From assembly GCA_963663385.2 (NCBI GenBank), contig CAXXXD010000004.1, positions 384,001-448,000 of the forward strand: DNA of 64,000 nucleotides, written 5' to 3'. Below are positions 1 through 10,009 of the stretch, piece by piece (within the stretch, counting starts at the first letter, position 1; the number at the start of each line of letters is the position of its first letter). This DNA comes from Oceanispirochaeta sp. Its GTDB lineage: Bacteria > Spirochaetota > Spirochaetia > DSM-2461. Under the pieces are notes generated by a model. That model was given only the letters and a program-made list of their open reading frames with translations, had not been told where the DNA came from and searched no databases. Position numbers and translations under genes: made by a program.

Positions 1-553
1 GACCATGCCGGGCGACACTGTCACAAATGGAGGATGGGGACCCCAAACAGCACTCTATAACAGTCGTAAAGCAGCTATGATATTCTCATTTCCCTGGAAA
101 ATCAGTGATTTCGATTCAGATGTAGTTGCTGAATCCGTACTGATTCCAGTTCCCGCTATAACAGATGCTGAAGTAAATCCTTCAGGATTTACTGTCGGGG
201 GTATATCTATCAGCAATCTGATTAACAGGAACTCCTTTGAGGATGAAGAAAAACGGGATGCCCTCGTTTCATTTACCGATTACCTGCTGTCAGATGAGGT
301 TTATACCAATGTGGCTTTGAACGGGAAAGGTTTTCCTGCCAAGATTCTCGATCTGCCGAAAGGTCAGAACCCTCTGTTCGATATGGTTCAGCAGTTTACA
401 TCTCACCAGGATATTTACGGGATTCATGAGTTTTTCTTTCCTTCACTGGTCAGTTTTGACGGATATAAAAGTGCCTGCGATGAGCTATATGCCGGTGCAG
501 TTACTCCAGAAGAATTCATTATAAAAGTCCAGAAAGGACTTGGGCGAAAATAG
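1..553 (+). CDS. Sugar ABC transporter substrate-binding protein, C-terminal part (5' end outside window)
   Basis: Frame runs in from the window edge. 'AAMIFSFPW' and the terminal 'VTPEEFIIKVQK' are typical of carbohydrate SBPs. Two permeases follow. Confidence 0.8.
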   Translation, partial: TMPGDTVTNGGWGPQTALYNSRKAAMIFSFPWKISDFDSDVVAESVLIPVPAITDAEVNPSGFTVGGISISNLINRNSFEDEEKRDALVSFTDYLLSDEVYTNVALNGKGFPAKILDLPKGQNPLFDMVQQFTSHQDIYGIHEFFFPSLVSFDGYKSACDELYAGAVTPEEFIIKVQKGLGRK

Positions 554-574
554 CTGCTTTGTATATTGATAATC

Positions 575-606
575 ATCCAATCCAAGGGGACTTCCCCGGA
601 TTGGAT
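575..606 (+). other. Intergenic stem-loop between the SBP and permease genes (probable mRNA-stabilising or partial-termination hairpin)
   Basis: ATCCAATCC (575-583) pairs with GGATTGGAT (598-606), with an inner GGGGA/TCCCC stem and no long U tail. Confidence 0.55.
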
Positions 607-625
607 AGTCAAATGGAGATTCGTG

Positions 626-1501
626 ATGAGAGCAAATGAAAAACCTTACTGCCTTGCCTTTCTTACTCCTGCGTTTATTCTGTATTCCGGATTGATGATT
701 TTTCCAATAATTTTATCAGCCGGATATGGTTTCTACTCATGGAACGCAATAGGGGTGAAAACATTTATAGGATTTCAGAACTATTCTGAATTGATGAAAG
801 ATTCAGGTTATTGGCAGACATTCAATAATACGGTGGTCCTGATTGGAGCATCTCTTGTGTTTCAAATTCCTGTTGCCTTTTTTGTGAGTTATCTGCTGAA
901 TGGTATTGGGAAAAGATCTGAAGTGTTACGTACCATTTATTTTTTTCCGGTAATAATCAGTCCTATAGCTATTGGAACAATGTTTGCTCTTCTCTATAAC
1001 GGAGAGCTGGGACTATTGAATGAGCTGATGGAGGCAGTCTTCGGACCAGAAGGAAGACAAAACTGGGTTTCAGATCCTGATCTGGTTCTTGGCGCAGTTA
1101 TTGCACCCGATATCTGGCGCTATATAGGTTATTACATTGTTATTTTTTATGCAGGGCTGCAGGGAATTCCGAGAGCGTTATACGAAAGTGCTTTAATTGA
1201 TGGAGCTTCCGGCAAAATCATCTTCTTCAGAATTATAGTCCCTCTCCTGTCCAATGTCATACAGATCTGCTTTATCCTCAGTGTAACAGGATGCTTGAAA
1301 TCTTTTGCTCTTCCATTGGCTCTGACAGATGGCGGACCGGGAGTCAGGTCCAGTTATATATCGCTTTATATGTTCAAGACGGCATTCTCGCATCACAGGT
1401 TTGGTTACGGTAGTGCTGTTACTATGACAATTCTAATATATGCTCTCGGTTTAACTGCTATCTTAAAAAAGATTTTTCCACAGGAATCAATCGAGTATTG
1501 A
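626..1501 (+). CDS. Carbohydrate ABC transporter permease
   Basis: EAA-type motif 'LYESALIDGAS' and several TM segments. Start moved to ATG 626 because GGAG lies at 615-618. Confidence 0.92.
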   Translation: MRANEKPYCLAFLTPAFILYSGLMIFPIILSAGYGFYSWNAIGVKTFIGFQNYSELMKDSGYWQTFNNTVVLIGASLVFQIPVAFFVSYLLNGIGKRSEVLRTIYFFPVIISPIAIGTMFALLYNGELGLLNELMEAVFGPEGRQNWVSDPDLVLGAVIAPDIWRYIGYYIVIFYAGLQGIPRALYESALIDGASGKIIFFRIIVPLLSNVIQICFILSVTGCLKSFALPLALTDGGPGVRSSYISLYMFKTAFSHHRFGYGSAVTMTILIYALGLTAILKKIFPQESIEY

Positions 1502-1511
1502 AGGGACTGAA

Positions 1512-2330
1512 ATGAAAAAAATACATAAAAAACAACTGATATGGTTATTCCTCAGTCTGCTTTCCGTAACAATGGTTTTTCCTTTTTACTGGGTATTACT
1601 CAGTTCCATAAAAACTACTGATGAAATCTACACTTCGGCATTCTCATTTCCCGGGCATTTTCGTTTTGAAAATTACATTAATGCATGGACTCAAGCATCT
1701 ATAGGAACTTGCTTTGGCAATAGTCTTATCGTATCTGCAGCGGCTTTGACAGTTACCCTTCTTTTTGCTTCCATGGCGGCTTATGTTCTATCCAGAAAAT
1801 GGAAAAGTCCTCTACTTTTCAGTTATTTTTCACTTGGAATAATGATACCTCTTCAGGCCATTGTAATACCGTCATTTCTTATTATCCGGGATTTGGGACT
1901 GATCAATTCCCGGATGGGACTAGTTCTGGTATACGTAGTAAGCGGAATTTCATTTGGAATATTTGTATTATCCGGATTTTTCAGGACAATTCCGGGTGAG
2001 CTGGAAGAGGCGGCAACAATTGATGGCAGTGGTTTTACAGGAACCTTTTTCAGGATAATACTGCCAATGGCAAAACCAGCAATGGCTTCTGTGGGGATCC
2101 TATTATTTCTGCAATATTGGAATGAATACCTGTTTGCTTCAGTCTTAATTGCTAAGCAGCAGTATAAAACGTTAACACAGGGCATAATGGCTCTCAGAGG
2201 ACCTTATACAACAGATTATGGGATGTTGACCGCAGGCCTGGCTTTGGCAATTCTGCCCCTGATCGCTGCTTACATTCTGCTTCAGAAGCAGGTTATTGAA
2301 GGTATGACTGCCGGTGCAGTCAAAGGATGA
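1512..2330 (+). CDS. Carbohydrate ABC transporter permease
   Basis: 'ELEEAATIDGS' EAA motif and C-terminal 'GMTAGAVKG'. Confidence 0.93.
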   Translation: MKKIHKKQLIWLFLSLLSVTMVFPFYWVLLSSIKTTDEIYTSAFSFPGHFRFENYINAWTQASIGTCFGNSLIVSAAALTVTLLFASMAAYVLSRKWKSPLLFSYFSLGIMIPLQAIVIPSFLIIRDLGLINSRMGLVLVYVVSGISFGIFVLSGFFRTIPGELEEAATIDGSGFTGTFFRIILPMAKPAMASVGILLFLQYWNEYLFASVLIAKQQYKTLTQGIMALRGPYTTDYGMLTAGLALAILPLIAAYILLQKQVIEGMTAGAVKG

Positions 2331-2336
2331 ACTTCT

Positions 2337-3523
2337 ATGAACAATAATAATATATGGATAACCGTGCCGACGTATTGGGGGGATTACGGGACTCCGGATA
2401 ATCCGCCATGTATTGATTTTGATCACCCGACATCTCCCAATGGAGAAGGAACACTTTATAGAACCATAGAGAGTCTCTGCCAGCTACCGGAAGATTTCTC
2501 TCTATTGGTTGTGCTGGCTGTTACTCACAAGGAGTATCTGGATAAATCAAGAGCCAGGGTCCTGGATATTCTTTCTTCATTCCGGAATAAAAAGATATAC
2601 CTTGTTACTCCCGAGGATGTTGAGCAAATTAATAGTTTTCTGAATCTCTCAATGTTAAGGATGGACAGTTATGGGAGCATCCGTAATGTTCAGCTTTTTA
2701 TTCCCTACTGTCTGGGTGCGGAATATATTGTAGGAATAGATGACGATGAGATTATAGAAGATAATCAATATCTGAAAAAGGTTATTACCGGGCTTCAGGG
2801 AAAACAGGGGCCGGAGGATTGGCAGGGCCCTACTTTGACAGTCAGGGTGAGTATCGAATCCGTGGTGCTGAAGCTCTGGGATGCCTGGAAAATCTTTTTC
2901 TTAAAAAAAATTACTTCATGAATGAAGCCCTGAAAAAAGCAATGGAACAATACCCGCATATTCACACGAATGTTGTCGCATTTGGTGGGAATATGGTATT
3001 TCCCCGGGAGACAGTAGAGAAGGTATGTCATGACCCCTATATTCCAAGAGGAGAAGATTATGACTATGTTATTAATGCTTTAATGAAAAATATCCGCTTC
3101 TGTTTTCATCCTGATGCGGCCATTATTCATCTCCCTCCGGATTCAGAAGGCAGTCAGGCTGGAGATAATATCAGAAAACTGAAGGCAGATATCAGACGAT
3201 TTATCTACATGAGTATCAAACTGAATGAGCACCGGCGCTGTTTTCCTGATGAATCATTTCATATTGAGCTTCTGAAACCGTATCCGGGTGCATTTGCAAT
3301 AGATCCGGAGATTCTGATTCAGCACGGGAAAAAAGCCCTTCAAGATGCTTATCCCGGGAGTATGACACTTCATGAAATAGACTGTTTTGTTCGAAAGGCG
3401 GCAGAAGATGCCATTACAAAAAGTGCGGAGTTCTTCGAATATAGTAAATTCTGGAATGATATGATTCCTTTTTGCGCTGAAAACAGGGCTTTACAATCAA
3501 AATTGAAGCATTTGTCTGTCTGA
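2337..3523 (+). CDS. GT-A-fold glycosyltransferase-like gene split by a -1 frameshift near 2798-2810 (ORFs 2337-2921 and 2819-3523)
   Basis: The N-half has 'YGSIRN' and the DxD-type 'GIDDDE'. The -1 frame continues as 'AGGLAGPYFD...FGGNMVF...RGEDYDY'. It could be a pseudogene, a sequencing error or recoding. Confidence 0.7.
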
Positions 3524-3613
3524 TGCTTTCATTTGACTCTTGTTGACCGGGAGAGTATCATAATTATTCTTCCGGTTTACCGGTTTCTTAATGGGATCAG
3601 AAAGGTTGAAAGA

Positions 3614-5374
3614 ATGAAAAAAAAATCCCGTCTGCGCCAGAAATTTACAACACTAACCATCGGGAAAGAGATTCTTGCGGCTCTGTTCTGTGCGGCTCTT
3701 CTTCCCACTGTCATTGTCGGTCTGTATGGAGGATGGCAGGTAAGATACTTTCTCAATCAGGAGAAGATTTCCTATAATCATGAGTTAGTCCGACAAGCCG
3801 GGCAGAAACTGGACTATCTTACCAAGGACATTTCCAATGTAAAGAAGCAGCTGATCGTTCATGTTATCTCGTCTCCTCTTTTTTATCAGTATGATGAAAT
3901 CTCTCTTATTGAGCGTATTCGGGAAATTAATGATACAAATGCCTATCTGGATACTCTCCGGCAGATTTATCCTTTTATAGCGGCGATTTATATAGTGGAT
4001 AGCAGTCGCAGAGTGTATTCAAGTCTGATCGAATTCAATAAGGAAAAACTTCTTGAGAAACCATGGATAGAGGAGCTTTTCCTCATGTCCTATGGATCGA
4101 GGGTCATACCACTTCATCAATCCGATTATGCCGCTGCGTCTATTCGGGAACCTGTCGGAAATACCATCAGCTTTGTTCAAAAAGTCAAACCCCTTGGAAA
4201 TATTCATAATGGAGTGGTGATTCAAATAGATTTGTACGAGCAATTACTGAATGACTTTCTTGAGGAGTTTCCCATTATTGATGGCGGTTATGTTCTCCTG
4301 CAGGATTCCGAAGCACAGATCCTTGCATTAAGATCCGTCGGGGAATCGTTGATACAGCTCAATAGAATTCGCGAATTTTATTATTCCCTTGAAAATGTTG
4401 AATGGTCTCTGGTGGCTGGTGTACCGATGGCACGAGTTTTGTCGGGAAGAAGTATAACTCTTTGGATCTTTGTGCTCCTGGTTCTGGCAGTTTTGCTTTT
4501 ATCCGCCCTTCTATCAGTGTTTATATCCAGAAGGATTACCGGTCCCCTCTATAAGGTCATCGATGCAATGGAACTTTTGGGGAAGGGGGATTTCAGCCAT
4601 CACTTACCATATGTCACAAACTCCGATCTCCTTTCTCTTGTAAATGGTATTAATCGAATGAGAGACCACCTTCAGATTCTTATCGCCAATATAGCCCGAA
4701 AGGAAGAGGAGAAAAACAGAGCGCGGCTGAATGCTTTGCAGGCACAGATCAATCCCCATTTTTTATATAATACACTTGATGTAATCAGAGGGATCTCTCA
4801 TGCTCACGGGAATGAGGATGTTGTTGGAATTACAGCATCTCTGGCAAAAATTTTCCGTTACAGTATAGGTTCTGACGAAGTCGTAACCATTGAGAGGGAA
4901 CTGGAGAATATAAAACACTACTTAAATATTCAGGAATCCCGCTTTGGAGATCGATTCCGTACTGAAATCCTCATTGATGAGGAAATTTTAAAATACAGGA
5001 CCGTTAAGCTTATTCTTCAGCCTCTGGTTGAAAATGCATTTAAATACGGGCTGGAGGAGATAAGTAAGGATGGAGAACTTTCTATCAGGGGAGAAATCTC
5101 CGGAGATCTTATTAAACTCGTTGTTGAGAACACCGGGCCGGGGATTGATCCGGATTTAGCTGAAAAAATGAATAAAAGCTTTAACCTTGGAGCCTCTGTT
5201 GAGCATGGAAATCCGATCGATCTAACTAAAGGAGGTTTAGGGCTTAATAACGTAGATGCCCGTTTGAAGTTATACTACGGAATGGCTGCCGGCGTCAGGA
5301 TTGACCCGGGGAGAGTAAGCGGTACCAAGGTTACTTTGACATTTCCATTATTGATGAAAAGGGAGAGTCTCTGA
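3614..5374 (+). CDS. YesM-type sensor histidine kinase (Cache-like, HAMP, HisKA, HATPase)
   Basis: 'LQAQINPHFLYNTL', 'LQPLVENAFKYG' and 'GLGLNNV'. ATG 3614 is preferred to TTG 3533. Confidence 0.93.
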   Translation: MKKKSRLRQKFTTLTIGKEILAALFCAALLPTVIVGLYGGWQVRYFLNQEKISYNHELVRQAGQKLDYLTKDISNVKKQLIVHVISSPLFYQYDEISLIERIREINDTNAYLDTLRQIYPFIAAIYIVDSSRRVYSSLIEFNKEKLLEKPWIEELFLMSYGSRVIPLHQSDYAAASIREPVGNTISFVQKVKPLGNIHNGVVIQIDLYEQLLNDFLEEFPIIDGGYVLLQDSEAQILALRSVGESLIQLNRIREFYYSLENVEWSLVAGVPMARVLSGRSITLWIFVLLVLAVLLLSALLSVFISRRITGPLYKVIDAMELLGKGDFSHHLPYVTNSDLLSLVNGINRMRDHLQILIANIARKEEEKNRARLNALQAQINPHFLYNTLDVIRGISHAHGNEDVVGITASLAKIFRYSIGSDEVVTIERELENIKHYLNIQESRFGDRFRTEILIDEEILKYRTVKLILQPLVENAFKYGLEEISKDGELSIRGEISGDLIKLVVENTGPGIDPDLAEKMNKSFNLGASVEHGNPIDLTKGGLGLNNVDARLKLYYGMAAGVRIDPGRVSGTKVTLTFPLLMKRESL

Positions 5375-6162
5375 TGGCATATGGAGTTATTGTTATAGAT
5401 GATGAATACTGGATCAGGAATCTGATCTGCTCATATTTACCTGAAGAGAACGGGGTATTTGCTCTCTCGGGGCAGGCCGCTGACGGGTTGGCTGGACTGG
5501 CACTTTGTAGAAAAGTTCAGGCTGAAATTGTTATTACAGATATTAAAATGCCTGGAATGAACGGTCTGGAACTGCTGGAAGAGATCCGAAAGGAGTTTCC
5601 GGATACTCAGATAATAATAGTCAGCGGATATGAGGAGTTTGAGAATGCCCGCAGAGCTCTTAAAAGTGGTGTGCTGGATTATCTGCTCAAGCCCATAGAA
5701 GAGGATGCTCTTAGAGATGTGCTGATGCGGGCCGCAGAGCGATTGGACAATTTGAACGCTGGCAAACAGATGCATCAGAAACTGAGGAAAAAGGTTAAGA
5801 ATCTTGAATCTATTCTCACCCCACCCCAATCCTTACCTGAATTTCACGATCAAAGGATCGAGCGGGCAACCGTTTTTATTCAAAGACATTTCAATCGGGA
5901 TATTTCCCTGGATGAAACTGCTTCAGAGGCAGGTATGAATCCGAATTACTTCTCTGAATGTTTCAAAAAGAGTACAGGATGGGGATTTCACGAATACCTG
6001 ACTAACTGCCGTATACAGAAGGCATCGAAGCTTCTGTCGGATCCTGCTCTGAAAATTGCTGATATTGCCAGATTATCCGGCTTCCGGGATCCGAATTATT
6101 TTACTAGAATATTCAAGAAAATAACTGGTAAAAAACCAAGCGAATGCAGAAATCTATTTTAA
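5374..6162 (+). CDS. YesN-type response regulator (REC plus AraC HTH)
   Basis: 'VIDDE', 'ITDIKMPGMNG', 'GFRDPNYFTRIFKK'. Translationally coupled to the kinase (TGATG). Confidence 0.93.
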   Translation: MAYGVIVIDDEYWIRNLICSYLPEENGVFALSGQAADGLAGLALCRKVQAEIVITDIKMPGMNGLELLEEIRKEFPDTQIIIVSGYEEFENARRALKSGVLDYLLKPIEEDALRDVLMRAAERLDNLNAGKQMHQKLRKKVKNLESILTPPQSLPEFHDQRIERATVFIQRHFNRDISLDETASEAGMNPNYFSECFKKSTGWGFHEYLTNCRIQKASKLLSDPALKIADIARLSGFRDPNYFTRIFKKITGKKPSECRNLF

Positions 6163-6301
6163 TAATTACTATGAATCAGACAGAATGCACTCTGCTTGTT
6201 TAATCTGGATTACCTGGTGTATGTCTGAAGAAAAAAAATCTCGAAAAATCCCGTTTTTGGTGGTATTGTAAAGTACATTACAAAGACTCTATCAAACCGA
6301 A

Positions 6302-8194
6302 ATGGAGCTCCCCGTGGAAAATTCTCTTAACCGCAGAAAATTTATCTTTATGATATTACTGGTAAACTTCCTGTTTCCCCTTGTTTTTGTACAGCTTGCC
6401 CAAAGCCTTCTGCAGATCTATAACCCGGCACTGGAAGGAGGCATCCTTCTCAGGCTGATACGTTCATTCAAACCGACTATCCTGGCCCTTTTTCTGGTTG
6501 CCCTTGGTATTGCCTGTTTTGCGTTGTACAGGATACTCAGCCCCCTAAAAAATTACATTGTCAAAGGAACTGACTATGAGAAAGCCCGGCGGGCGACCCT
6601 TTCCGTACCCTGGGCGCTTCTTGCCGTCCACGGTTCTCTGTGGGTTCTGGCCAATGTCGCTTTTTATATGGCGTATAACTGGGAAACTCCCGGGGGGGTT
6701 CCTTTTTTCTGGAGTCTGAGCCTGAATGTCCTGGCCGGCCTTCTGGGAGCGCTTTTTTCAACCCTGTCCATGAATGTCCTATTTATTCCGGTAAAAAGCC
6801 TGCTGCATATTTCCAGCAGAAATGCCGGGGAAGAGGATTATTTTATTCAGAACAAGAATCTGATTATTATGGGAGTCCTGATTCTCTCAGCAGTCCTCTT
6901 TACCGCTTATGCAGGGCGGTTTTATTCAGTCTCCGATCAGCCTAACGGTTTGTCCTATTCAGGGAGTCTGGTGCTGCTGGTTACGATATTCCTGACAGTG
7001 TCCCTCTGGCTGATTCAGCTGAGCCGTATGGAGGATAAAAAACAGTTGAAACAGCTGACGGGAAAACTGCGGGAACTGAACCGGGACGGAGGAAACCTGG
7101 CAGGCAGTCTGGTACTGATCAACTTTGACAGCACAGGAGAAATCGTCGAAGAGATAAATCACCTGATGGAGAAGCTCCACGGCGCCTTTACGGAAGTAGC
7201 GGAAGCTGCCGGGGATATGCTGATCATTTCGGAAGAGATCGATAGGTCGATTGAATCTGCCAGGGATAAAACGGGCGAAATCCTCAATTCATCCCGTGAA
7301 GTGAACGTTTTTTTAAATGAACAGAAGGATGTTGTGAACCAGACCGGCCGGAAGCTGGGGGAGATGCTTCAGGGGTTTGGCCGGATCTCCGCTTTGATGG
7401 AGGAACACCGGGCTGCTGTCGATACGACCTCTACAACCATTGAGGAGATGACAGCCAATATCAAAAGCGTTAGCGATAATACCGCCCGGTCCCGGGAAAT
7501 TACCGATAAACTGAGTCTGACAATCCGGGAAGGGAGCAGTGCGGTTAACTCTTCCATCTCTTCTATTGAGGAAATCCATTCTACAGCGGAGGAGATGAAC
7601 ACCCTTGTTCATATAATCGGAAAGGTGGCGGCCCAGACAAATATGCTGGCCATGAATGCTGCCATCGAAGCGGCCCATGCCGGCGACAAGGGGCTGGGAT
7701 TTGCGGTTGTAGCCGATGAAGTCAGAAAGCTGGCCGGTTCCAGCTCTGCCAATACGGGAGAAATATCAGGTAATATTCAGGAACTGAATCAAAAAGTGGA
7801 ACAGGGGGTTTCCACTACCAGAGCGGCCGGGGTCATCCTTGAGCAGATTATGGCGGAGATACAGCAGTCGTCCCTTCTTTCAGGAGAGATCGCTTCTGCC
7901 ATGACTCAGCAGAAAAGCGGTACCGAAGAGCTGCTGAATGTGGTATACAATGTTGTTTCCACTTCCAATACCATACAGGGGGAGACCGCCCGGCAGGTAA
8001 AGGACAATTCCCGGCTGAAAGAGAATATTCAGGGGTTTATGGATCAGTGTGCCCGGATTCAGGAGATTACCAACTCCCAGCTGGACTCTAATACGCTTAT
8101 CTATAACTCTCTGGAGAGTCTGAAAAAGCTTTCGGAAAAAGGAAAGCAGCTGGGGGGGAATCTGGAGACTGTCATCTCCGGTTTTTCTCTTTAG
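6302..8194 (+). CDS. Methyl-accepting chemotaxis protein with multi-TM N-terminus
   Basis: Signalling tip 'QTNMLAMNAAIEAAHAGDKGLGFAVVADEVRKLA' and about six hydrophobic N-terminal segments. Confidence 0.93.
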   Translation: MELPVENSLNRRKFIFMILLVNFLFPLVFVQLAQSLLQIYNPALEGGILLRLIRSFKPTILALFLVALGIACFALYRILSPLKNYIVKGTDYEKARRATLSVPWALLAVHGSLWVLANVAFYMAYNWETPGGVPFFWSLSLNVLAGLLGALFSTLSMNVLFIPVKSLLHISSRNAGEEDYFIQNKNLIIMGVLILSAVLFTAYAGRFYSVSDQPNGLSYSGSLVLLVTIFLTVSLWLIQLSRMEDKKQLKQLTGKLRELNRDGGNLAGSLVLINFDSTGEIVEEINHLMEKLHGAFTEVAEAAGDMLIISEEIDRSIESARDKTGEILNSSREVNVFLNEQKDVVNQTGRKLGEMLQGFGRISALMEEHRAAVDTTSTTIEEMTANIKSVSDNTARSREITDKLSLTIREGSSAVNSSISSIEEIHSTAEEMNTLVHIIGKVAAQTNMLAMNAAIEAAHAGDKGLGFAVVADEVRKLAGSSSANTGEISGNIQELNQKVEQGVSTTRAAGVILEQIMAEIQQSSLLSGEIASAMTQQKSGTEELLNVVYNVVSTSNTIQGETARQVKDNSRLKENIQGFMDQCARIQEITNSQLDSNTLIYNSLESLKKLSEKGKQLGGNLETVISGFSL

Positions 8195-8195
8195 T

Positions 8196-8636
8196 TCAGC
8201 AGGCCAGAATCCTGTCTATGGCCGTCTTCCACTCTTCAGGCATAGGGGTGGGGCGGCCTGATTTCAGAGAGACGCAGGCCGCTTTGACTTTCAGTTCCGC
8301 CAGGCACTGGTCTTCCCGCATGACCTTCTGATTGAAAATTACAGTAAACCTTTCCGCCTTAACGACTCTTGTTTCCACAGTAAGCAGATCATCCAGGAAC
8401 CCGGGGCTGTGATAGGCTATTTCCAGACTGCGGATGACAAAGCCGATCCCGTCGGATTTCATTGTTTCAAACTGATTGCCTCCGCATGTGCGGAACATAT
8501 CGCTTCTGCCGTGTTCCGCCATATCCAGGTAGCGGCTGTGATAGATAACACCGCCTGCATCGGTATCGCTGTAATACACCCGTACAGGGAGCCTGTGGAT
8601 TTTATCTTCAATAGAGCCGGATATGCTGCTGTTCAT
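8196..8636 (-). CDS. ybgC: YbgC/4HBT-family acyl-CoA thioesterase
   Basis: 'VRVYYSDTDAGGVIYHSRYLDMAEHGR'. Confidence 0.85.
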   Translation of the reverse strand: MNSSISGSIEDKIHRLPVRVYYSDTDAGGVIYHSRYLDMAEHGRSDMFRTCGGNQFETMKSDGIGFVIRSLEIAYHSPGFLDDLLTVETRVVKAERFTVIFNQKVMREDQCLAELKVKAACVSLKSGRPTPMPEEWKTAIDRILAC

Positions 8637-8647
8637 GGTAATTCCTT

Positions 8648-9340
8648 GTGCTGCGGCTGTTGATGGCAGCCGTTGATTTCTATATTATGTTCCCTATGAT
8701 TCTTACATTGAAAAAGTTTTTTGTAAATAAAGATAACGATTACGGGAATATGGCTGAGCGGGTCGGAGCCCGGCGGATCTTTCTGGAAAATGTATTGTCC
8801 GGCAAGGTCCCCAATGACGAGTATGGGGTCGATAAGCTCAAAGCTTACTGCGAGTCTCTTATCGAAGGTCAGAGGATGGGGGTTCCCGGTCTGGAGGACG
8901 GTTCCTGGAGTGTTTCTCCCGATCCTTCCGGCGTCAGCGAAGAGGACAAGGTGGATTTTCACTACTTTCCCACCTATGTGGCCCTTTCCATGCTTCTCGC
9001 CTGTTCAAAAAAGTTTCCCCGGGAGATCGGGTCCCTTCCTGGACTGGAAGAAGCGCTGCACAGGGGCTTCCGTTTTGCCATTACCGGCAATCTGGACGGC
9101 TTTGGTTTTAACAACCTCTTTCAGCAGGTTGAATCCATTCTGATTCTCGGATCCGGCGGCTGTCCCGGATGGCTTGCCGAAAATCCCGAGGTCTGTCCCG
9201 CCTTGAATAAGCGGCTGAAGGAACTGGGGAATGAATTCAGGGCGCGTCTTGAAACAGGGGATACAGTTCTTTCCTTCGGGGGAGATTATAAAACCCAGTT
9301 TACCCTGGCTGTTAAACTCCTTCAGCCCCTGATCGGCTGA
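8648..9340 (+). CDS. Hypothetical helical protein (true start uncertain, probably downstream of 8648)
   Basis: A 230-codon ORF filling the gap, with protein-like composition and a 'Q...DGSW' motif. Confidence 0.65.
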   Translation: MLRLLMAAVDFYIMFPMILTLKKFFVNKDNDYGNMAERVGARRIFLENVLSGKVPNDEYGVDKLKAYCESLIEGQRMGVPGLEDGSWSVSPDPSGVSEEDKVDFHYFPTYVALSMLLACSKKFPREIGSLPGLEEALHRGFRFAITGNLDGFGFNNLFQQVESILILGSGGCPGWLAENPEVCPALNKRLKELGNEFRARLETGDTVLSFGGDYKTQFTLAVKLLQPLIG

Positions 9341-9409
9341 CAGAGTGATCCGGCCTGTCCGGATTATTTAAAAATAAATAATTGATTTCTTATTTCTCTC
9401 CGGGGCATA

Positions 9410-10009
9410 ATGGTTCTCATGGCTGCGAAAAGAAAAAAGAAACCGGACTCATCCCTTATTCCCCTTGTTTCAGTACTTGTCATCTGTCTGATTCTTGTTG
9501 CATCTGCCCTGGCCTTCCGGCAGAGGCAGATGCGTTACCGGGAGCAGGCCCTTTATAACGAGCTGACGCAAATCCGGGAACTGATAACCAACCGTCAGGT
9601 ATACAGGAGCGTCTTCTTCTCTCAGATCAGGGACAACTTTATCCAGGAGAGAGCGCTCCTCTTTACAGCGGACTTTCATGTTTCTGCAGGAGTGGATCTG
9701 GCTCGCGGTTTTTCCCTTCAGACAGATGGCAGTACTGCTGTTCTTCAGCTCCCTGCCGCGGGGATTCTCTCTATTGATGCGGATGATACCTCCATTGAAG
9801 AAGTATTTGTCAAAGAGCGGTTCTCCTCTGTTACGACAGGGGATTACCTGCCCCTTCTGGGCGAAGAGAAAGAGAATATCCGCAGGACTGCCGAAGAGAG
9901 CGGACTGGAAAGGGATGCGGAACGGCGGGCGGAGCTGATCTTCCGGGGTATATTGAAAATGGCCGGTTATGACAGAATAACTGTCAGTTTCCGCAGGGAG
10001 GTTCTGTGA
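9410..10009 (+). CDS. DUF4230-like membrane-anchored protein
   Basis: N-terminal TM, 'VSAGVDL', 'LQLPAAGILS' and C-terminal 'AERRAELIFRGILKMAGYDRITVSF'. Confidence 0.7.
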   Translation: MVLMAAKRKKKPDSSLIPLVSVLVICLILVASALAFRQRQMRYREQALYNELTQIRELITNRQVYRSVFFSQIRDNFIQERALLFTADFHVSAGVDLARGFSLQTDGSTAVLQLPAAGILSIDADDTSIEEVFVKERFSSVTTGDYLPLLGEEKENIRRTAEESGLERDAERRAELIFRGILKMAGYDRITVSFRREVL

